Assembly: GCA_008636045.1 (NCBI GenBank)
Contig: SNRW01000068.1
Span: 1-32,539 of the forward strand
Direction: 5' to 3'
From: Streblomastix strix
Lineage: Eukaryota
Length of the DNA: 32,539 nt
Below are positions 24,873 to 32,539 of the stretch, in pieces. The notes beneath the pieces are model-generated. The model was not told the origin of the DNA and did not search any database. It saw only the letters and a list, made by a program, of their open reading frames with translations. The position numbers and the translations under genes are program-made. Positions within the stretch are counted from its first letter, which is position 1. Each line of letters opens with the position of its first letter.

Positions 24873-24959
24873 AGATTTATGATCCGCCAAACCATATGTT
24901 GTCAAATTATATTTGGAAGCTTTGCTTGGAACAATGATGTAAATTTATTTTTGAAATAA

Positions 24960-25418
24960 ATGGAAAAAGCTGTAACACAACCGATCAAACAATTATTCAA
25001 TGAATTAATGAATTCACACTTTGATAATAGCGATACAATTAAAGTCACTATTGAAGCACTAAAAAATTTGTTAATGAATGATGTTAAAGAATCAATCCAT
25101 CCATTACTTTAAGAATTAATGAGAATCAATAAAATGTTCACTAATCAATAGCAATAATTATAAAATTTAAAGAAAATGGTAGATGAAGAAGATTATAAAA
25201 ATAAGCAATTTAATGAATAAGATAAGTATTTCAAAAATAAATATCTATTGATTAAAAAATCATTAGATCAGAATAATTAACCATAATAGGTAAAGAAGTA
25301 CATTATCTCTGAAGCTACCGAAGAAGAAAAATAGATTTACAATTAATTCGTGAATGATGGGAAATACAGTAACTTAGTCAGTAACTATCAACCTAATTTA
25401 AAATAATAAGATTGTTGA
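24960..25418 (+). CDS. Hypothetical protein, 152 aa, helical or coiled-coil-like
   Basis: Uninterrupted Gln-code ORF MEKAVTQPIKQLFNELMNSHFDNSDTIKVTIEALKNLL...QPNLKQQDC ending in TGA. Confidence 0.65.
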
Positions 25419-25759
25419 TATATTAGATATATTAGATTATCTCTTCAATTTAATCTTGGATTGGTTCAATAAAACATTAATGTTCTTTGTAATATTCATA
25501 AAATTATTTTTCCTAATAATCTAAGTCAATTCTCTCGATTAACGCTTCAAATATTTTGAAAATCTCATAATCTGTTGTATAATACTTTTAACCAATGTTT
25601 GTTGCTAATTACAATAGATATTCCATTTTATTTAATTCAAACAATTTATTTTTAAGGCTAATTCAACATTTTAAGATACATGATATATCTCCAATGAGTT
25701 GCCAATTCCAAATCTTTATTGACTATTACTTCGTTCAAAAATATTTCAATTTATTCTAC

Positions 25760-26797
25760 AGATAGCTGTGACCAATGAATCTTTGGCTAATTCGTATCTA
25801 TTTTTTTTATAAAAGAATTATATAATGTAAATCGTTATATTTAATGGAGCCAACACTATATCGAAATAAATCCATAATGTTTTTACTATATTAACTGTAT
25901 CCATTAGTTTATCAGGAATTGAAACAGATATAATTGATGTTACAAAATTAACACCATAGAACATGTAATTCGTTACGTTAATGATTATCTATAATATGTT
26001 CATGCAAATTTTATTTGCTGCAAAATCAAAAAATTTTGTTTATTATTTTTATAATGACTTTAACTAATCAAGATTTATTGAACAAATATAAAAACTAATT
26101 CATTACCTTATGTAATATATTTTGGTTCAATTGATGTTATGTAGTTATTTGATGTTGGGCTATATAACCGAATTAATCCAATCATTCGATATAACTCATT
26201 AACAGTGGAATCTAAGATCCAATAGTGATAAAGAAATGCATCAATTCTAAGGTAAATGTATTTGATTGCTGAATTCACTAAATCTTATCCATAATTCTAG
26301 TTTAATGAGAACATATTATTCTATAATTTTTTCACATGCTCGTTAATTGCATTATTAAAGCATATTGCTCCACTATTCAAAGTTGATTAAGTCCTAAAAT
26401 ATTTCACTTTTGTATTTATAAAATTATCCTATTATGTCAGTGTTAAGAATAGTAATTATGGAGTATATTTATAACCCTATATTGTTTGGTCACTATTATA
26501 AGCATTATTTATTGCAGTATTCAAGCTAATTCGTATTGGAGGTAATCTATCTAGCAAATAACAATGAAACTGATCCTCTCCAATCTATTGTTAGAAATAA
26601 ATTTTCCTTGAATCAGTAGATACTATATTATGCTATATTTCTATGTAATCATTATTCAAATAATATGTCAAATTAATTGGAATGTTACTGATACTATTAA
26701 CTTGAAAGCTTTAACTTCCACTAGAGATAGTCGTTTACCATGTTACAAAATCCTTATCTGAATCTGAGTTGATAATTTGTAAACCGATGTTAGTCAT
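25760..26797 (-). pseudogene. Degenerate ORF, possibly a virion structural protein
   Basis: Starts MTNIGLQIINSDSDKDFVTWQTTISSGSQSFQVNSISNIPINLTYY. Beta-strand-like composition, multiple frameshifts, Polinton-like context. Confidence 0.3.
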
Positions 26798-27203
26798 TTA
26801 ATTATTAACAAAAATAAATCTCAAGATCTTTCATTTAAATACTATAATAATTTCATTACTGCAGATTAGCTGCTCTCTGAAGCTATTTATACAATATCTT
26901 TTAACTGTTCCATCTTAAGAAATTTATTTTACTATATTAATACAAATCTCGATTCTATCTCTGAATCACTCTTTATCGCTCGTGAAATAAGTTAGCTCAA
27001 AAACGCTGAGTAAGTCATAAATTCTTCACAATTTATTTTTGCCATATTTTCAATCTAGAAAAATACTATTATTTTGGTAAAATAATTTTTAATAAAATGC
27101 TTGAAATGATAATTAGACTGTCCTAACAGATTGGATTACATTTATTGAGTTACTATTTAGTTTCCATTTGTTTATTACTAAAATACTAATTATCTACATT
27201 TAA

Positions 27204-28230
27204 AATGTAAAGAGAATTAAAACGATCTAAATCACCTGGTTCAAAGCTCATAAAAGTAAGAAGACCAAATACTTTACAACAAGCGTCAGATATATATGAA
27301 TATATGTAAAAAAAAGTATAAGCATAAATAATAGATCATTGTTTCAAGATATGTATGTAAAGTACCTTAGATTCTATTTAATATTGAATTGCTAGAAAAT
27401 GTTAATAAAATATTACTTAGAAACTAATAAGAAAAGATTATTGATTAAATTATTGAAGTTGATTCAAGCATTTCGAGATAAGATGCAGATGCAGGAATAG
27501 AAGGATATAAAAGGTGAATTAGATAAAAGCGACTCTATGGGGGATATAATCCAAATGATCTAATAGAAAGTAATGTAGAAGCTTAGTAGATGATAAACAG
27601 TTTACTAATTCCATAATCCTAGCAACATACGAAAGAAGCAGAAGTAGATAATAATCAAAATATTAATGATCGTTACAATTAACCATCACATGATGTTGGT
27701 TTAAAGATCTAACCGTCAGCACCTAACCCATATATATATATGATAATGATGATAAAAGAATGGAAAAATTTGGAGGTTATAGTCGATAATAAATAAGGCC
27801 TTAAAATGACTACCTTAATCCATTCAAAACAGAAACAGATTAATTTACCGATTTTACATAATAAACTGATTCTTTTAATAAAATATTGACTAATCGAAAG
27901 TATAATATTAATAATATAAATAACTAATTTAAGATAATAAAGAAACATACAAAGATCTATAATATTTTGGAGGATTAGATTGGGCATAAAACCCAGTACA
28001 TCCATTGTATGGAAAATATCTCTACGAGCCATATAAAGCAGTTGATTATAATGTTACTGATTAGTATGCGTTAAAAGCAAGATAACGTAAAGTACAATAT
28101 TCAAAGGAAGATAGATTAAATTTGGACGGTCCTAAAACTCATAATGTTGCCACCAAACGAATCATACCATCAGTTAAAGCTTAAGAGTAGCTTAAAAATA
28201 AAATTAGAAGAAAAAAAAATGAAACTGCGA
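27204..28230 (+). pseudogene. Degenerate Q/K-rich hypothetical ORF
   Basis: MQRELKRSKSPGSKLIKVRRPNTLQQASDIYEYMQKK..., continuing with frameshifts and stops. Confidence 0.4.
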
Positions 28231-28483
28231 TCAAAGATCAGAATCTTCGATTAATTGAGAAATTTAATCTAAAATATCATCTGAAATTATTGGTTTATTA
28301 AATATGTCTATAATTCTTGATTATTAAACAGAGAGTTATTCTTTAAATTATTTTTAGTTTAAACGTTATCTTTTTTTTAGCTTCACAACGTTATTTCTTA
28401 GCCATTTCTTATGTTTCTTATTCAGTAAAATATTTCTTTGGTCTACCTACCTTTTAGGTAAGTTTTAAGTTTTCTGTGTCCAT
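28231..28483 (-). CDS. Small basic protein with an AT-hook-like motif (possibly one frameshift)
   Basis: MDTENLKLTQKVGRPKKYFTE...AKKQR...QISQLIEDSDL-TGA, directly downstream of the integrase. Confidence 0.55.
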
Positions 28484-28499
28484 TTATTTAATTAGAAAA

Positions 28500-29666
28500 A
28501 ATATCAAACTACTTTAAAAGTTTGCTTTTATTTATCTTTTAAAGTTTCAATATTGTTTGCAACCTTATGAGTATAATATATTGGTACTTCCACAATCTTA
28601 ATATCATTATATGGTTTCAATAGCTCACAAACTACATTTTCACTCTCGTATTTTATATATATAGCTATCCTATTAAATTATCTTCGTTATTTATCAAATC
28701 CATGAGCAGTCTTTTTCAAATCAAGATATATAGTAATAATATTACCTTTTTTTAGATCCTATAGGTTATCCTTGTATTGTTATTCCTTTTCATCAATTAA
28801 TTCTTTCATTTTTTATCGATTGAATATTCCTTCTAAATCCTCATTCTAATTTATTTATTTAGGAGAGAATTTTTATTTAAAAGCAGAATGTTTTGTGCTA
28901 TTATACTCATCTACAACTTATTATAATTACTTATTATTAGCCATTTGTTAAGAATCATTTTCAAACGCATTACTTATCGTTCTAACAACTGAATCAACTA
29001 CTCTATTTTTTTATTAATGAAAGGAGATGAATTATAGAAATATTTTATGTCGTTCTCTTTCAAATAATTTTTAACTTATTTACTTCCCAAGTCTGATTCA
29101 CCATCTGATCTTAAATTGCTTACAAGTTAATTAGATTTTAATTATTTAGTACACTTTAATAGTTCATTTTCTGAATTATCTTTAATTGGAAATACTACTA
29201 AGTATTTAGTATTAATGTTAATGCAAAATAGATATTATTGAATTATTTTATCAATTGTAGGATGCATTATAAATACAATATCAATTTCCCAGCTCCCTAA
29301 TTCAGGTGAGAAATATGGACGTTAATATTTCTTTAATGGTTTCAATTTAATGTCTTATACTAAATTGGTTTTATCTTTAACTTTACTCCTAAATGGATTC
29401 TTAATTACCTACGTTTCTTATTAAACCTTTGGTTTTACTTATGGATTAACATTGTGTTTTATTCGTTCAGCATGATACATTTAAAAATTATAGAGATAAA
29501 TCTTATATTATTAAGAAATATTTTTATCTTCAAGCTATTCCTCCAAACTATTTATATAGAATTTCTTTTTAAATACAAAATTCAAACTCTTAATGAAATC
29601 CATTAATTTTATTTTATCAACTTTGAACGCTTTGTCATCTATAAATTATATAATTTGTTTTTACAT
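28500..29666 (-). pseudogene. Retroviral-like (rve) integrase of Polinton type
   Basis: RPYFSPELGSWEIDIVF (D 29282-29280), YLFCININTKYLVVFPIKD, LRSDGE (D 29105-29103), NRVVDSVVRTI (D 28995-28993) and VVDEYNSTKHSAF. Frameshifts present. Confidence 0.85.
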
Positions 29667-30018
29667 TTATTTTATGTAATTATTATTGATATTAATCCTT
29701 TCAAAATATTTAAAAAAAAATGAAGATGAAACAATTGGGAAAAAAGTAAATTTGAAGTGAAAGTCATTCCATATTGGCTATTTGCGGTAAAAAAATTGAT
29801 GATTTTCAAATATTTTATTACTTCTCAAATGTTTATTAGTAAATTCATTACTTTTTATATTGATTCAAAAATAAGAATAAGAATAATTATAATAAAGTTG
29901 TTCAAAATTAAAATAGTTAAAATAATGAAGACTTCGAACGAAACAGAATTGAAGTGAGTTTAACTCTTTCTATTAAATTAGTTCATATTAATTATTTAAT
30001 TCTTTTTCTTTAATTTAT

Positions 30019-31434
30019 TCATTCCCATGATTTTCCCCACTGAAGTGCTTTTGATCCAACAATTCCTTATTAAATGAATTAAACTAGTCTTTCGAATTTT
30101 GTAACAGTGAAGGAAGAATATCTATAGTATGTTAAAGCCTGAATAAATGAAATAAAGATTTAATAAATTAATGAATTTTGAATATTAAAATAATAAAAAT
30201 ATTAATGATTAATAATGAAAAACAAATATAAATTAATTAATTCATTATTTACATATAAATATTAATTTAATTTGCAAACGAACCCAGAATCTAATCTAAG
30301 ATGGTATTCCAATCACAAAGTTAGGTTGCTCAATGTCATCAACGTAAAATATAACTTTACGTGGATTTGATGTCATGTCTACAATTGCACTAATTCTTTA
30401 TCCATCTTCATATCTTCCATTTCTTTTTGTATCATTAGTAATGTGGTTAATGTCTCCACTGATAATATTTTATAATGAAAAAGAAATATAAAATTGAATA
30501 AAAGAAATAAAAATTAAAGATTTAAATATTATTATAGAAATTGACATATATTTATTTATTAATAATATTTAATTTTTAGTGTTGTTTATAAATATATATA
30601 ATTCATACCCATAACCCCAATAACTAACAGTCTTTTTATCATCTTCATAAGTCGCATACAATGAAGCGATGTACGAATAATAATAACAATGAATAGAAAA
30701 AGAAAGTGTTTATTATTAAATAATATCATTAATTAATATCAAATATTATATTGTAAATAAGAATTAATTAAATTTAGATATTAAATAATACTTCCATCAT
30801 TAGTCGGATGGCTTCCAGCAGCAAAAGAGCAAGATGCATCTGCAATACCAATTCCTATATAAGATATAAAATATATAGTGGATTTAAACATGGAATAAGA
30901 ATATAATAATTACTATTCATTCTCATATTTACATTCATTAATTCATATTAACATACTTCTTCCCCATCCTCCAGAATTTTCAAACTTAACTTCGAATCTA
31001 ACAATGCCCTCTTTAATAACAGGATCAATGGCAATGGTACAATAATCAATATTGATTGAATGAATGAACTTCATTTCTTATTATTTTCCTTACCATGCTT
31101 CTTTTACTATAAATATTGGAGTTATTTGAACTGAATATTTATAAATGATAATAAAATTAATTAATAATTAAAAGAAAATATAAAAAGAAATAAGTTAATA
31201 ATAAAATTTAGTAATTCTTTATTATTTATAATAAAATAAATATATATTCTTACTTATCGATTATATAATTTTCCAATATCTAGGATGCTCCAAAAGTTAA
31301 TATATCTTCTTGCAAACCACAAGAAACTACCTTGCATCTTGTGGGAGGGTCATTTCGGATAATATCTCAAGTAGTATAAATTTTCCCAATCCTAAAAGAC
31401 TTCCAACTACTTTGTAATCACTCAAGTAGTCCAT
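30019..31434 (-). CDS. F-box-like plus SPRY/B30.2-like protein, about 6 exons, apparently intact
   Basis: Exon 1 reads MDYLSDYKVVGSLLGLGKFILLEILSEMTLPQDARQFLVVCKKIYQLLEHPRYWKII (F-box-like pattern). Later exons give TIAIDPVIKEGIVRFEV, IGIADASCSF, VDMTSNPRKVIFYVDDIEQPNFVIGIPSQIRFW and ALQWGKSWE-TGA. Confidence 0.82.
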
Positions 31435-32066
31435 TTAGATCTATCTGAATATATAATAATTAATAAAAATAAAAATAAAAACTGAAATAATTATGAATTC
31501 AATAGCAAATTGATGAAAATAAATATAATATTGGGGAAAGAAAGTATCAATGATAATAAAAAATTAAAATTAATTATGCAGATAAACATAGTTCGGATAA
31601 GAAAGAGCAAAGAATAAACGAGATATGTGTTATAGATAAAAGATTTATGTAATTATTAATTAAATAGTAAAATACCGAAAAATAGAATAAATAACTCATA
31701 TTTAATCTCAAAGTGTACAATATAAATAAAACTTTGATAAAGACTGAATGCGTGATTTAAATTTGGAAATTTTGCATAAGTAAGAAATGTTATGACATTA
31801 AAATTTGTAATCACAAGGAATACTTGCGATGACTGCTAGAATTATGAATTCTGATTAGAAATCAAATTTGAGTTGAATCAGGGAGAGTGATTTGTTAATA
31901 ATAATATGCTTAAATGATTTAATGGAATCAAATTCAGAATTATATTAATATTTTTATGCTAATAAAAATTATTTCTCTAGCATAGCTGATGGATAAGGAT
32001 AAATATTAATAAGTACGAAAGATTCAGATCGATCAAACTAATAGAATTGAAATTTATTGAGGATTC

Positions 32067-32539
32067 CAGAAATGCCTGCCCCACCTTCAAAAGCCCTGCC
32101 CCGATTTTGTTTTTGCCCCACTTTGTTAAAAAAATCTAAAAATAATTAAATTTTTTTTTCATCTTTGTATGGTTATAAATTTTGTTAATAATATATTAAA
32201 AGGATTTTATTATTCACATTAATTAATATTTATATTAATTAATCTTAAATCTGTTTTTAGATCAAAATATAATTTAATTGGGGGCAAAGTGGGGCAAGCT
32301 CTTTTTAAGACGAGAAACCCAACATTAAATATCACAATTGCATAAAAATATGCTCATTACTATTTTAAATCTTTTCTATATACCAGTTTTTTGAATAATG
32401 GACCATAGCTCCCACAAAAATAAAAAGGGGCAGCTGCCCCCAATTAAAAAATTCTGCCCCCAATTAAATTTTTGCCCCCAATTAAATACTGATGCCCCTA
32501 ATTAAAAGCTTGCCCCACTTGTTTCACGATATATCAATA
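32067..32539. mobile_element. Probable left end of a DNA transposon (hAT-like) with subterminal TGCCCC repeats
   Basis: Begins CAGAAATGCC. About ten TGCCCC/GGGGCA motifs occur in both orientations, including a tandem ~20-bp unit TGCCCCCAATTAAA... at 32436-32520. It runs off the window. Confidence 0.55.

Larger units (their letters stand above)
22000..29666. mobile_element. Decayed, rearranged Polinton/Maverick-like (virus-like) region; boundaries uncertain
   Basis: Densely packed, apparently intronless ORF remnants on both strands, including a protein-primed PolB fragment, an rve integrase, a fibre-like fragment and an AT-hook ORF. Confidence 0.65.

Noticed and set aside
1286..29957. Most ORFs in the supplied track (e.g. 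6258-6524, 7307-7681, 13255-13599, 27709-28032, 29757-29957)
   Set aside because: They were computed with the standard code and are antisense or off-frame shadows, AT-rich noise, or fragments of longer Gln-code genes.
21900..29960. Long terminal inverted repeats, packaging ATPase or protease of a complete Polinton
   Set aside because: No matching ends, Walker A motif or adenain-type motif were found by eye.

Overview
AT-rich eukaryotic genomic DNA with GT-AG introns and a non-standard genetic code: TAA/TAG encode Gln and TGA is stop. The supplied standard-code ORF track therefore misses almost every real gene. The code, intron style and gene families resemble the oxymonad Streblomastix strix (inference). 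The window is mostly nested, decayed mobile DNA. From left to right it holds: (1) the 3' part and right end of a hAT transposon (1 to ~3158); (2) a minus-strand gene of unknown function (10360 to ~3160) split by a full-length DIRS1-type tyrosine-recombinase retrotransposon (5124-10284) with ITRs, ICR and a reconstructable GTTTAT insertion site; (3) a hairpin minisatellite followed by a Helitron Rep gene preceded by a ubiquitin-specific protease (USP/C19) domain, cut off before the helicase (12207 to ~15835); (4) gene fragments; (5) a triple SPRY-like intron-rich locus (21559-17919); (6) a decayed Polinton/Maverick-like region with a pPolB fragment, a fibre-like fragment and an rve integrase (~22000-29666); (7) an apparently intact F-box plus SPRY-like gene (31434-30019); and (8) the left end of another DNA transposon (32067 to the window end). 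Decayed genes repeatedly show CC>TC and GG>GA/AG-type changes at conserved residues. All translations were done by hand, so internal coordinates are approximate.
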